DNA from: Scenedesmus sp. PABB004
Taxonomy: Eukaryota
Length of the DNA stretch: 64,000 nt
Direction of reading: 5' to 3'
Assembly (NCBI GenBank): GCA_014905635.1
Contig: JABVCE010000004.1
Location: forward strand, 1,302,001-1,366,000
Below the pieces are notes generated by a model that was not told the origin of the DNA, did not search any database, and was given only the letters and a program-made list of their open reading frames with translations. Shown one piece after another: positions 1-12,483 of the stretch (position 1 is its first letter; every line of letters begins with the position of its first letter). The position numbers were made by a program, and so were the translations under genes.

Positions 1-33
1 CGCCGACGCGCGCGCGCGCGCGCCGCCCCGCAG

Positions 34-194
34 GCCCAGCGCCGCGCCGAGGCCGCCGAGGCGCGCGGCGCCGCGGCGGCGGCCGACGCGTCCGCGCTGT
101 CTGCCAAGCTCGCTGCGGCCGAGGATGAGGTGATTGGGCTGGAGGGCCAGATCTGCATCCTGGAGCAGGAGCTCGCGCGGCTCAGCGCGGCGTG
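34..194 (+). CDS. 3' terminal exon of a coiled-coil protein (gene starts upstream of the window)
   Basis: After the CAG acceptor at 31-33 it reads AQRRAEAAEARG...LSAKLAAAEDEVIGLEGQICILEQELARLSAA-stop, with a heptad-like pattern. Confidence 0.55.
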
Positions 195-579
195 AGGCGC
201 GCCGCGGCGGCGGCGGCCGCGGCATTTCATCTCCAAGCGGGAGGGCGGGCGGGGCGGGGGCTGACCGACGACGCCGCGCGTTGGGACGACTGATCACGAT
301 CCGGGGACTCGGGGAAGGGGGGGGGCTTCTGAGCTCGCTTGACCTGACCAGCACGCGGCGCCCCGCGCGCCGTGACGCCCCCCACTGCACAGCAGACACT
401 CGCAGGCATCGTGCACGCACATTTCGTTGGCGCGGCGCATGCGCCGCCTGTGAAACGCTCATCGGCCGCACCTCGGCCCGCCCGCGCCGCGCAGCGACGC
501 CACCCCTGCACTCCCCTCGCCCCCTCCGCAGCTGCGCCAGAGGATCTTGCAAACAGGTCAGCGCCAGGGCACGCCCTCG

Positions 580-1823
580 TCAGGACGCGCCTTCCCAGCG
601 GGAGCGCGCACCACCGCGCTCAGCGCGCAGCAGGTCCTGCAGCTGCGGCAGCTCCAGGTCGGTCTCACCGCCGAGGTCGTCGTCGTCCGGCCAGGGCCCT
701 GGGCCGCCGCGTGCCAGCAACGCCAGTGGGCTGACGCTGCCGGGCCCGTCCGCCGTGAGCCAGCTGGCGGGGATGCGCAGCGCGGGCGAGCCCGGCGCTG
801 GCGCCAGCGCCGCGGGCGGCTGCTGCGCTGCCGCAGCTGCCGGCGCCGGCGCCGGCGCCACCGCGGGGTGGCACCAGGTCAGCCGCAGCTTCCGGCGCTG
901 CCCGCGCGGCACCGGCGCCCGCGCCGGCGCCGGCGGCACCAAGCCGACGGCTGCCGCTGACGCGTAGAAGGTGCCCGGCGGCAGCGCCTGCAGGTTGCGC
1001 AGCGGCGCGAGCACGGGGCTGCCGCCGCCACTGCCGCCGCCAGCACCGCTGCCAGCGCTGATGGGCTGCTGCTCGTCGCCTGCGGCGCCGCCGCCGCGCT
1101 CGCCGGCCGTGGACGCGCTGCTGCGCTTGCGGCGCTTGGCCTGCGAGGCAGGGCGCCGGCGTCGGCGGCGGGGCCGCGCAGCGCTGGGAGCGGCAGGCGG
1201 CGTGCGCGCAACCCGTCCTGCAAGTGGGCGCTTGCCCGCCAGCTGGCGCGCGCTGCAGCGCGCGCTCGCCCGCGCGGGCAGCCCGCGCTGTGCGGTCGCG
1301 GCCGCGCAGCAGGGCGGTCCGGTCAGCCCGTCCTGCAAGCGCGCACCGGCGCTGCGGCGACCGGTGCGGTGTCGGCGCCGCTGTCAGAGTAGTCAAAGTT
1401 GGTCACCGCGCTCGCGCCGCGCGCCGCCAGCGCGGCCGCGTCGTACGCGCGCGCCGCGTCCGCGGGGGCCTCAAACGTGCCCAGCCAGCGCCGTGTGGTC
1501 TCGCCGGGGAGCTTGATCTCTGCGGACCACTTGACGACCCTGCGCGGCAGCGGCGGCGGCGGCGGCGGTGAGGCGCGCGCCGCGCGCGCGCTCTGGCGCA
1601 GCGCGCTGCGGCGCGCGGGTGCGGCGCGCAGCGCGCCCCCCTCACCCGCCGTTGATCTTGCGGTGAACGCCGCGGTAGCCGGAGGTGTTGTGCTTGGGCA
1701 GCAGGACGCGCTGCTCCGCCCCCTGCTCCGCCGCCTGCGCAGCGTGAGCAGCGCGCGGCGGCAATTGCTCGCCGCGTGGCGCGTGCGCGCGGCCAGGGCG
1801 CGGCGCCGGCGCACCTGGTCCAT
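580..1823 (-). CDS. AP2/ERF-domain transcription factor (multi-exon; 3' part approximate)
   Basis: Spliced exons give HNTSGYRGVHRKINGG|VVKWSAEIKLPGETTRRWLGTFEAPADAARAYDAAALAARGASAVTNF, a canonical AP2 domain (YRGV, WxAEI, WLGTF, AARAYD). A downstream KRRKR NLS-like motif and an acidic tail follow. Confidence 0.85.
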
Positions 1824-2222
1824 GGCGCAGCCCACGCGCGGCCGCTCGCTGCGGCGGTGGCCCGCGTGGCCGCGCGCGCCGCTGCGCCACAGTCGAGCGC
1901 CGCGCACGTGCGGTGCCTGCTGCGCTGCGTGCACGCACGCTGAGGCGACGGGAGCAGCGTGTGGCATCCGGGCGGGCGCGGACCGCTGCGTGTCCCGCGC
2001 GACCGAGCAGTCGTGGTTTGCGCGCCGGCGGCTCAGCACTCGCGCTTTTTGGCGGCGCCGAATGCACGCCTCTGCCGCCACAGCTGGCGGTCTGCGACTG
2101 GCAGCTGGGAGCGAGCGCGGCCCGGCCGGGGCAGGAGCGGCGGCGGCGGGCGCAGCAGCAGCGCAGCGGCGGCGGCGGCGGCCGGCGGGGCACACACGAG
2201 CCGGCGAGGCCAGCGGTGCGCC

Positions 2223-4168
2223 ATGTCGCTCTGGCAGGGCGTCAAGGGCGCGCAGGTGCGGCAAGCAGCCGCCGCTGTGTGCCGGCGCCGCCGCTCGCCG
2301 CTGGTCGCCGCCCGCAGCCGCTGCCGCTGCCGCCGCCACCGCCGCACCACCCGCTCCGCCGCGGCACCACCACCGCCGCTGCACCAACCGCTGCCGCCAC
2401 ACCGCCACCGCCGGGCAGATCGAGCTGGCGGCCATCCCCGGCCCGTTGGCCAAGCTGCGCCGCCTGGGCGGCATCGCGTCGCTCTTTGCGAGCGAGCTGG
2501 CCGCGACCGTCGCGCTCGCGCCCTATGCGCTGCGGGCGGCGCGCCTCTACCGCGCGCTGCCGGCGGAGCGCGGGCCGGGGCCGGTGCACCTGGTCAGGGC
2601 GCAGCGCTACGCCGCCGCGCCGCGCGCGCTCGCCGACATCTACGTGCCGCGGCGCGCGGCGGCGGCGGCGGCGGCGGCCGCAGCCGCCGAGGCGCCGGCG
2701 CCGCAGGACGGCGGCGCCGCGGCCGCGCCGGTTGTGGTTTTTGTGCACGGCGGCGTGTGGGCGGCGGGCGAGCGCTGGCACTACGCCCCGCTCGCCGCCT
2801 GCCTCGCGCGGCTGGGCGTGCTCACGTGCGTCGTGCAGGTGCGCGCGGCGCGGGCGGGGGAGCGGGGAGCGGGGCAGAGGCCGCAGGACGTGCGCGCGCC
2901 GCGCCGGCCGGCCGGCGTGCGCCCCCACCCACCCACACACACCCATCACACCCGCACGCCCGCAGTACACGCTGTTCCCGGAGGCGCTGGTGCCGCAGAT
3001 TGTGGCCGAGGTCGACGCCGCGCTCGACTGGGCGCTGCGCACCGTCGCGGACCACGGCGGCGACCCCCGCCGCGTGTGCCTCGTGGGCCACTCCGCGGGC
3101 GCGCAGCTGTGCATGATGGCGCTGCTGCGCCGTGCGCAGGCGGCGCACGACGCGGCGGAGGCCGGCGCGAACGGGCGGCCGCGCGGCGCGGCAGGCGCGT
3201 CAGGCGCGGGCGGCGCGGCAGGCGCGGGCGGCGCGGGCGGCGCGGGCGGCCCGCCGCCGAGCGCAGAGATGCCGCACCGCTTTGTGGGCATCACGGGCGT
3301 GTATGACATCGCGGCGCACTACGCGTACGAGCGCGGCCGCGGCGTGCACGAGCTGTCGACGATGAAGCGCGCGATGGGCGGGTTCCGGGGCTTTGCGGCG
3401 CAGAGCCCCGCCGTCATCCTCGCCGCCGCGCAGCAGCGCGCGCGCGGCGCGAAGCGGGCGCCGCAGGCGCGGCGGCCGCCGGAGCAGCAGCAGCGGGGGG
3501 CGGAGCAGCAGCAGGGCGAGCAGCAGCAGCAGGCGCAGCAGCAGGGGGAGCAGCGGGCGCAGCAGCAGCAGGGGGAGCCGCCGGCGGTCGCCTACTACGA
3601 GAGCTTCCCGCTCGCCGGCGAGGCGATCAGCCACCGCATCGGCCTCGAGCGCTGCGGCGCGGCGTACGCGGCGGCCGAGGCCGACCGCGTGGCGCGCGCG
3701 CTGTGCGGCATGACGCCCCTGCCGCCGCTGGACGCCGCCGCGGTGCCGCGGCTGCCGCCGACGGTGCTGCTGAGCAGCTGCAGCGACGCGACGGTGCCGT
3801 GGTGGGAGAGCGCGGAGCTCGCGCACCGCCTGCTCGACTGCGGCGTGGCGACCAAGCACCTCGTGTACAACAAGGTCGGCCACGGAGACTTTGTGGTCGA
3901 CTGGCCCAGCGACCTGCCCGCCGGCGACGACGACGACGACGACTGGGGCGGCGCCGGCGCCGCGGGCGGCGGCTGGGGCGGCCCCGCGCCCGGGCGCGAC
4001 GAGCGCGCCGCGCTGCTGGCGGTACTGCCGCCGCACCTGCGCGACATCGTCGCGGTCGTCAGCGGCGCCGCGGAGGTGGGGTTTGCGCAGGCGGCGCGGC
4101 CGGCCGCGCCGGGCGAGGGCGAGGACCTCGCCGTCGTGGTGGCGCCCGCGGGCGCGGAGCTGAACTGA
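2223..4168 (+). CDS. Isoprenylcysteine alpha-carbonyl methylesterase (ICME)-like alpha/beta hydrolase
   Basis: Motifs PVVVFVHGGVW (oxyanion), LVGHSAGA (nucleophile), SDATVP (acid) and GHGDF (His); GVYDIAAHYAYERGRGVHELSTM resembles plant ICME-like proteins. Introns near 2256-2418 and 2839-2965. Confidence 0.85.
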
Positions 4169-4281
4169 GCGGTCCAGGCTTGACTGGTCACCGGGCGGCG
4201 GTCTGCCGGTGAGCGGCGGCCGCGGCGCGTGGTGAACTGAGCGGCCAGGTGTGACTGGTCACGGCCGCGCGTCTGCCGGTG
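4161..4281 (+). repeat. Degenerate ~72-bp tandem duplication starting at the ICME stop region
   Basis: tgaactgagcggtccaggcttgactggtcac...gtctgccggtg at 4161 is repeated as tgaactgagcggccaggtgtgactggtcac...gtctgccggtg at 4233. Confidence 0.8.
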
Positions 4282-4469
4282 CCGCGTCTGTCTCTGGCTG
4301 TCCCGCTCGCCAGAGGCTTAGCGAGCAGCCCCCCGACGCGCACGGCCCCGCAGCGACTGGGACCGCAGCAGCGGCAGCAGCGGCGGCGGCGGCAGCGGCT
4401 GCGGCGGCTGCGGCAGTGGCCGCGGCCGCGGCAGCAGCCCTAGCAGCGGCAGTAGCATCGCTCCGCAGC

Positions 4470-5811
4470 ATGGCGGAGCTCGAGCGGCAGCCGTCGCACG
4501 CCACGCCGCTGTGGTGCTACGCGCTGCTGCTCGCGGCCGTGAGTGCTCACAGCCGCTGCGCTGCGGGGTGTTGCATGGCAAGAGGTTTTAATAAAGCTCT
4601 ACTAGAGCTCTACTAGAGCTCCTGTGCCGTCACGCCCCGGCCCGCCGCCGCCCGCCGCTCCGCGCACCGCCCGCCGCGCAGGTCTGCTCGGTCTCGTCGG
4701 CGGCCGTCGCGTTCACGTACATCGGCGACGTCCCGCCGCTCACGCTCGCGGGGTGGCGGCTGCAGCTGACCAGCGTCGTGCTGGTCGCCGCGGCGGCCGT
4801 CCAATGGCGCGACCTCGCGCCCGAGCACCGCGCCGCGTTCTGGCGCGACGCGCACTGGACGGCCTTGAGTGGCGCGGCGCTCGCCGTCCACTTTGGCGCC
4901 TGGGTGTGGAGCTTGCAGCACACGAGCCTGGCACACAGCCTGCTGCTGCTGTCGACGACGCCCATCATGCTCGTCGCGGTGGAGCTCGCGCGGCGCGCGC
5001 CCATCTCTGCCGGCGAGGTCGCGGGCGCGGCGCTCGCGGTCGTCGGCTGCGCGGTGCTCGCGGGCGGCGCGGCCGCGAGCGGCGGCGGCGGCGGGCGCGG
5101 CGTTGAGCGCGGCGTCACGCTCGCGGGCGACGCCGCGGCGCTGCTGGCGGCGGTGGCGATCGTGGGCCACTGGCAGGTGGGCCAGCGGCTGCGGAGGTAC
5201 ATGCCTGTATTTGTCTACTCGGCGCCGACGACGGCGCTGGCCGCCGCGCTGCTGACCGCCGGGGGCCTCGCGGCCTCGCCGCGGCCGTCCCTGCTCGGCG
5301 CCGCCGCCGACCACCACGGCGCGCTTGGCTGGCTCGCGTCGAGGCGCCACGCGCCGGTGGTTCTGTACCTTGGCCTCGTCCCCGGCGTCATCGGGCACCA
5401 GGGCTTCAACACGGTGCTGAAGTTCATGCCGCCGCTCTCGGTCAGCCTCGCGGTTCAGCTCGAGCCAGTGATTGGGCCCCTGCTCGGCTGGCTCGCGGGC
5501 GTCGCGGCGGCGCCCGGCAGGTTCACGTGGGCCGGCGGCGCCATCGTGCTCGCGGCGGGCACGGGCGCGACGCTCGCGACGGCGAGGCGGCAGGCGCGCG
5601 AGGCCGCCGCGCGCGCGCGGCGCGCGCCGCGGGCGGCGAGCCCGTGGGCGGCGGCGCGGATCTGGAGAGCGATCGGCTGCTGCCGGAGCCGGAGCCCCCT
5701 GACGCGGCCCGCCGGCAGCAGCCGCACCACCGGCCGTACCACCACCCCGGGCCGGGAGGGGCGCCCGAGATTGAGCTGCTGCCGCACGCGCCAGCCGCGC
5801 GCGGGTCGTGA
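4470..5811 (+). CDS. EamA/DMT-family membrane transporter (C-terminus frame uncertain; alternative stop 5839)
   Basis: Multiple hydrophobic helices; LAVHFGAWVWSLQHTSLAHSLLL, GDAAALLAA, GVIGHQGFNTVLK and QLEPVIG fit the EamA duplication. First intron 4539-4681. Confidence 0.85.
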
Positions 5812-6190
5812 GATGGCTGCTGCCGTGCTGACGGGCTGACCCCGCGTTGCTGGCCGGCGGCGGCAGCGTGAGGCAACCGCGCCACGGCTGGCATGACCTG
5901 GCGCCAGCGTTGCCTCCCGCCTTCCAGCGGCGGCCGCGGCGATCGCGGCCGCGCCGCCGCCCCCCACACGCGCCCTGCCCCGCTGCCCTCCCCGGGCGGC
6001 CCGCAAGCCAGACGCCAGTTTGTCAGGCATCCACGCGCGGGCGAGTCAAGTACAGGGGCGTGACCGTCATTCGTTGAGCTGCCCAGCCGCGCAGCCGCAC
6101 CGGACGCGACGTGCGTGCGTGCGCGCGGCGCAAGGCGCGGCGCCGCTTATTCGCGCGCGGCGGCACCGCCCCGGCGGCGCCGCGGCGCCG

Positions 6191-7513
6191 TCACGCGCCG
6201 CCCGCCTGCAGCTGCTCGGCGCGCTTGCCGATCCAGGCGAGCGTCTTCTGTGCGACCTCGTCCCAAAGCCCCGCGAAGAAGTGGTCAGCGCCGTCGATGA
6301 CAGCGAGGTCCAGCGGGCCGGGCTCCGGCTCCGCGGCGTGGTACTGCGCGCCGGCGGACGCGCAGCGCGGCGCGGCGCGCGGTTCGGCGCCCGCCCGGGC
6401 CGCCGCGGCGGGCGCGCGCGCGCCAGCCCGCCCGCGCTCTTGCGCCGCCGCGCGGCCGGCGCACCTGGGCGGCAAACTCTCGCAGCGTGGTCAGCGCCCC
6501 GTACTTGTCGCGCGTGCCGTGCACGACGAGCTTGGGGATCTGCGTGTCTGCCAGGTGCGCCCTGCGCGCGGAGCGGGGGACGCACGTACGCGCGCCGCGC
6601 GCGCCGCGTTGGGCTCGGCCTCGCGCGGCGCCGGCGGCGCCCCCGCCCCGGCCCGCCCCCGCGCGGCGCACCAGTGCTGCCGGCTGCGCAGGGCCAGGTT
6701 TGCGGCGCCGCCGAGGGGGAAGCCGATGCCGACGTAGCCGGCGACTGCGGGCACGTACTCGATGCCGCTCGCGGCCACGCAGGCGCCATAGCTGTAGCCC
6801 GCGACAAACAGCGTCGTCGGCGGCGACGGCCCCCCCGACAGCAGGTGCTGGCACACGGCGATGAAGTCATCCATGTGCGGGTCAAACAGCGGGTCCAGGC
6901 TCGCCTTGGTCCTGCGAGCGCGGCCGGATCCAAGGCTGAATGCTGGCCGCCAGGTGGGGCCCCTGCCCCAGGCAGGAGGGGGGCGCGGCCTCGGACGGCC
7001 GCCGCCGGCGGTCGCGGCGCGTGCGCCCGCACGAGCCGCACCACTTGGCCTTGCTGTTGCCCGCGCCGCGCATGTTGTAGCGGCACACGGTGCTGAAGAG
7101 GCCTGCGCCGCGTGCGGCGGCCGCCAAGGAGTCAGCCTCGGTCCGACCGCGCCTCGGCGGCGGCGTCGGGCCATGCCCGCCCGCCGCTCATCACCGCTCT
7201 TGACGGCCGCCTGGAAGAGCACCACGATCATGGGGTCCTCCATGCTGCCGCCCAGCTTGGACCAGGGGTGGAGCAGGACGAGCCCGCGCCCGCCGCCCAC
7301 GCCTACGCCTGCAGCAGCGCCGGCAGCGGAGCTGCTCTCGCCGCACCGCCGCCGGGCCAGCGCCGCCGCACCGCCGCCGGGCCACCGCCGCCGGGCCAGC
7401 GTCGGCGCGCGGGGGCCGTCCCCCGCACCTGCCGGGGCGGTCCATGTGTCTAGCTCGAGCTCGCTGCAGCGCGTGTCGAGCAGCGGCGTGTGCGCCGCTG
7501 CTGGCGCCGCCAT
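6191..7513 (-). CDS. Alpha/beta-fold hydrolase
   Basis: VLLHPWSKLGGSMEDP, RYNMRGAG, VAGYSYGA (GxSxG), VHGTRDKY and IDGADHFF across spliced exons; the Ser-Asp-His triad is intact. Confidence 0.85.
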
Positions 7514-8016
7514 CCTGTGCGCGCGCAGGCCTGCGGTGCGCCCCTCAGCGACGTGGTCAGTGTGGCGGCGTGCCGGTGCGGTGTGCCGGGGCGGCGCGGT
7601 GCCTGGGTGCAGAGGGGGCGAGCGCGGCGCCGCCGGTGTTATGGCGCAGTGCCCTGCTGCTCGACGTCCGGCGCCAGGCACGCCCAGCTGACGCAAACGC
7701 ACTGCCCGTCACGCCCCACTCGCCGCCGTCGCACGCCGCCGTCGCACGCGCACGCGCTCGCCCTCGCCAACAGCCGTCCCACCTGCCGCCGCTCCCGGCC
7801 GCCCAGGAGGCGCGCTCAACGCGCTCGCGCCCCGGAGTCGGCGTCTCCAGCTCGAGGGCAGCCAACTGGGCCCGCAGCCAGCGCCCCCAGCTCGCCCGGC
7901 GGCGCCCGGCGCACGCGCAGCAGCAGCGCCGCGGGGGTTGGCCCCCATGTGCGCGGCGCGCGGGCTCCGCTAGCCCCGGCTCCGGGACCTCTGCGGCGCC
8001 GACGGCTGGCGACCGC

Positions 8017-10305
8017 ATGACGGCAGCGGAGATGGAGGAGCTGCGGGCCCCCAAAAAGGCGCGGCGCGCCGGTGCCGGTGCCGCTGCCGCGCCGCCGCGC
8101 GCGGCGCGGCGCGCCGGCCCCCCGGGGCGCCGCCGCGACCGCGCGCGCCTGGCGCGCCGCGCCGCCGCGGCCGCGCAGGTGGCGTTTGGTGCGTACGCGG
8201 AGCCGCGCAAGCAGGCTGAGAAGATCAAGAGCAACGCGTTCAAGATTGCGCTCGTCGCGTCAGACTGCCTGCTCCTGGGTGCGCGGCGGGCGGCCCGCAG
8301 CCGGCGGCAACGGCGACGGGAGCAGCAGCGCCACCAGCGCCAGCACCAGCAGCAGCCCGTGGCGGCGGCGGCGGCCCGTGCTGCCGCGCGCCGACCGCCG
8401 AGCGCCCCGCGCGGCGCCCGCGCCGCAGGCCTGCAGCCGGTGCTGGTGCACCTGTCCAAGAACGAGAGCGGGAAGTTTTCGTTCAACCCCATCAGCGTGA
8501 ACCTGATGACAGAGATCTTCAAGGTCGCCTCCGCGCTCGGCGTGCTGCTCGTCCTGGTGCGCGGCACGGCGCGCGGCGCGGGCGCGGCCGGCGGGGCGGC
8601 GCACAGCGCACAGCGGCGGCGCGCGCCGCGCACCCCGCCGCGCCGCCGCGCCGCGCCGCAGGGCACGGGGCGCCCCGGGCCGCCGATGTACCGCTCGCTG
8701 CGCGCGTTTGTCGCCGACGCGCGGCACAACTGGCTGCTCGCGGTGCCGGCGGGGCTGTACGCGGTGAACAACTACCTCAAGTTTGCGATGCAGCTGTACT
8801 TCCGCCCCGTGACGACCAAGATGCTGGGCAACCTCAAGATCTTCACCATCGCGCTGCTCATGCGCACCGTGATGCGGCGCCGCTTCAGCGTCATCCAGTA
8901 CGAGGCCCTCTTCCTGCTCGTCGCAGGTGGGCCGCGCGTGGCGCGCGGGCGGGGGCGGGCGGGGACGTGGGCGGGCGGCGGACGGGCGACGGCGCCGCGG
9001 GCGCGGGCGCGTGTTGGGCATGGTGACTGGCAGAGGGAGGGCGGGGCCGCAGCGCCGGCGCGGGCCGCCGCACGAACGGGCTCTCAACGCCGCCGCCGCC
9101 GCCGCCGCCGGCGCGGGCGCGGGCGCCAGGGATCACGATCAACCAGCTGCAGTCGTGCGGCAACAAGGCCGAGGCGCTGCCGCCGGGCGCGCTGCTGCCG
9201 GCGGTGCTGTGCGTGCTGGGCAGTGTGACGGTGCCGAGCGCGGCGAGCGTCTACAACGAAAAGGGCCTCAAGAAGCACATGGACACGAGCGTGCACCTCC
9301 AGGCGCGCCTGCGCGCGCGCGCGGGCCTCTGCGTGCGGGCAGAGGGCACGCGGACTGTGCCGCGTGGCGCGGCGCGTGACGCCCCCCCCCCCCCCCGGCC
9401 GCACGCGCGCGGGCACACGTGCGGACGCGCCCGCCCCCGGCCACACGTGTGTGTGTGCCCGCAGAACTTCTTCCTCTACTTCTTTGGCATGTGCTTCAAC
9501 CTCGCCGGCGCGCTCGTCGTCTGCGCGGTCAAGCGGCAGAGCCTGGGCGCCGTGTTTGCGCACCAGTCGCGCGTCACGTTCGTCCTGGCCGTCAACAACG
9601 GCCTGCAGGCGCGCGCCGCCGCGGCGCCCCCGCGCCCGCGCGCACGCCGCGCCCCGCCCCCGCTTCCCTCCCACCCGCCTCCCTCCCACCCTCCCGCACT
9701 CCCTCCCTCCCACCCGCCGCCCTCCCTCACCCGCCCCCCCTGACCCACCCGCGGCCCTGCACCCACCACCCGCGCGCCCACCCGCGCAGGGCATCGTGAG
9801 CAGCTTCTTCTACAAGTTTGCCGACACGATCCTCAAAAAGTACTCGAGCACGATCGCGACCATCTTCACCGCCGCGCTCAGCTGGGCCATGTTTGGCCAC
9901 GCGCTCACCGCAAACTTCCTCATCGGCGTGTCGATCGTGTTTGTCAGCATGCACCAGGCGCGCCGCGTGCCGCCCCGCGCGCGCGCTCGCTACATGCCGC
10001 GCAGGCCGCGCACGCGCGGAGCCCGCCCGTGCGCGCCGCCGCGCGCCACGCCCACGCCCGCCGCGCCGCGGCGCGCCCGCGCGCCGGCACAGTTCTTCAC
10101 GTTTGGCGACAAGGGCGACAAGGCCGCCGCCGGCGCGCACAAGCACAGCGACAGCGGCGGCGCCGGCCCGGGCGGCGCGCGCGGCGGCGGGGGCATGGTC
10201 TACAGCCCCTCCATGGACCACATCCGCGTGAACGACGAGAACGGCGTGCTGCTCGTGCCCGGCGACGCCGCCGGGGGCCCAGCGGCGCCGCTCTTGCCGC
10301 GCTGA
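8017..10305 (+). CDS. Nucleotide-sugar transporter (CMP-sialic acid transporter-like, SLC35A family)
   Basis: [46 protein letters not shown] and [22 protein letters not shown]; 8 exons. Confidence 0.9.
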
Positions 10306-10408
10306 GGGGGCGGCGCGGCGCGCGCGCGGGGGCAGCGCGTCACCGTGAGCCTGCAGCGGGCTGCTGCGGGCGGGCCGCAGCGGCCTCAGGCGCGCCCGGA
10401 CACGGAGC

Positions 10409-10413
10409 TGTAA
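10409..10413 (+). promoter_or_regulatory. Putative TGTAA polyadenylation signal
   Basis: TGTAA lies ~105 nt after the transporter stop codon; TGTAA is the known chlorophyte poly(A) signal. Confidence 0.5.
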
Positions 10414-10595
10414 CTCTCAGCCTCCCTCGGTGCCGCCCGGCGTTCTGCGGCGCCAGCGCTCATGACGCAGACAGCGCCACGGTGACGCCGGCGGCGGGCG
10501 GGAAGCGCGGTCTCTCCGGCCGCCGTGAGCCGGGGATCTGCTACACTGCCACCGCCCGCTACGCCCTGCACGTGCGTCGCCAGGCTCGCAACGCC

Positions 10596-11738
10596 ATGGC
10601 AGCACTGGACGCCGCCGCTGTCGACCGCCTGCTCGCATCGATGCGCGTGGAGCCGCCGGGCAACTTCGGGCCCGACGAGCGACGGAAGCTGCTCGCTCAA
10701 GCTCTGTGGGTGGTCCAAGGGCTGGCGGGCAAGCGCGATCGCCAGCGGCAGGCGCTCGCGGCCGCTGCCGCCGCGGCGACGCTCGACCCCCGCGACCTGG
10801 CAGCCGCAGAGATGGACCACCCCGAAATCAGGGCTGGCTGGGACGCCAAAGACGCGTTCTCCATCCAGGCGCGCACGGGCGGCCGCGCCGCGCGGTTGCT
10901 GACGGGGTGACGCCGCTGCCGCTGGCGACCGCTGCCGCGCACCGGGTGACTGACGCGCCTCCCGCCGCCGCCGCGCAGGAGCAGCTGTTCCTGAGCAGCG
11001 GAGAGCACGGCGCCCTGCAGCGCTCGCATGAGCACCCCTGGCTGGCCCTGCGTACGGCGCTGTACAGCGTTGTGGCGGAGGTGCCGCCGAGCGGCTTTGT
11101 GCGCGTGGTCATCAAGGACAGCGACCCCGAGTCGCCGGCGGCCTGGGGCGGCACGCTCGACCTGCTCGGCGCGCGCCGCGCGCCCGACGGCACGCCGCTG
11201 CTGCTGGAGGCGCGGCACGTCCTCCTGCCCGCCGGCGCGTTCAGCGAGGTGCGGCGAGCTGCGGCCGCCGCTGCGCGCGGGCGGGCGGGCGTGGGCGCGA
11301 GCGCGAGCGCGAGCGCGAGCGCGAGCGCGAGCGCGCCGCGCCCCCCGCTGCGCAGACGCAGGCAGAGCACCTGGAGGGGAGCAGGTCGTGCCGGCAGCTC
11401 GTGCTGAAAGTCGCCGCGCCGACGATCCAGCTGCTCGCGGCACTCCTGGCCGCCAACGCGCGCGCGCTGGCGCCCGCGTACGCCGCGGACATCAAGGCGA
11501 GCTGGTGCGCCCACCTCCAGGCCACCGGGATGGAGCCCAGCTTTCTGCTGCCGCTGGCGCCACTCGACCAGGACGTGAAGCTGCCGCGCGCGTGTTCCGC
11601 GTGCGGCAAGACGGGCAGCGTCAAGGCGTGCACGGGCTGCCTCGTCGCGGGCGTGGGGCAGCGCTTCTACTGCAGCAGCACCTGCCAGAAGCAGGACTGG
11701 CCGGCGCACAGGGCCGCGTGCAAGGCGGCCAAGGCGGC

Positions 11739-11769
<31 letters not shown>

Positions 11770-12060
11770 GGGGCCAGCGTGGTCGTCGACCTCCGTGCCG
11801 ACAGCGGGCTGCCGTATTCATTCGCGATGCCGCTGACCGCGGGGACGCAGCGCGCGGGCGCGGAGATGCAGAGGACGATGGACGCGTCCGTGGCGCAGGC
11901 CTCGGGGCACACGGGCTCGTCGCGCGTCTAACCCGCGGCCAAGAAGCGCTTCATCGTGAAGGTCCAGGCGCCCCTCAGCGGGGTGAGCGCCGGGCAGCGC
12001 GGCGGCGGCGCTCGGGGGAGGGCGGCGCCGCGCCGCGCGGCGCCTTGGTCGGCGACCGGG

Positions 12061-12095
<35 letters not shown>

Positions 12096-12410
12096 AGACG
12101 GGCCCGCTGCTGCTCTACAGCGAGGGCCGCAAGGTGATGGCGCACATCATGCCCAGCCAGGCGGCGCACGCGGGGCTGCTGTCGGTCATCCGGGCGCGGG
12201 GCAGCTTGGGGGGCGTCAAGCTCTACCTGTGGGCGAGCCAGGTAGACCGCCGCGCACGCGCGCGCGCGCGCGCCGAGCCTGGCGGGCGAGCGCGTGCGCG
12301 CGGCCCACACGCGCCCTGGCCGCCGCCTCGCTGGGCCCGCCCGCCAGGAGGACAAGGACAAGCTGCGCGTGCTAACGGAGGAGCTGCCCGGCCAGACGCA
12401 CAGCTGGTGA
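10596..12410 (+). CDS. MYND zinc-finger protein
   Basis: CSACGKTGSVKACTGC...FYCSSTCQKQDWPAHRAAC is a MYND finger; the C-terminal KRFIVKVQ...GPLLLY...GVKLYLWA segment ends at LPGQTHSW-stop. Confidence 0.8.
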
Positions 12411-12478
12411 CGCGCAGGCGGCCGGGAGCTGCCGCGCGCGGCGGCCGACGAACGGCGCGCCCGCCAAGCCGAGCGCGG

Positions 12479-12483
12479 TTACA
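12479..12483 (-). promoter_or_regulatory. Putative TGTAA polyadenylation signal for the VSR gene
   Basis: ttaca on the + strand, ~130 nt downstream of the VSR stop codon. Confidence 0.5.
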
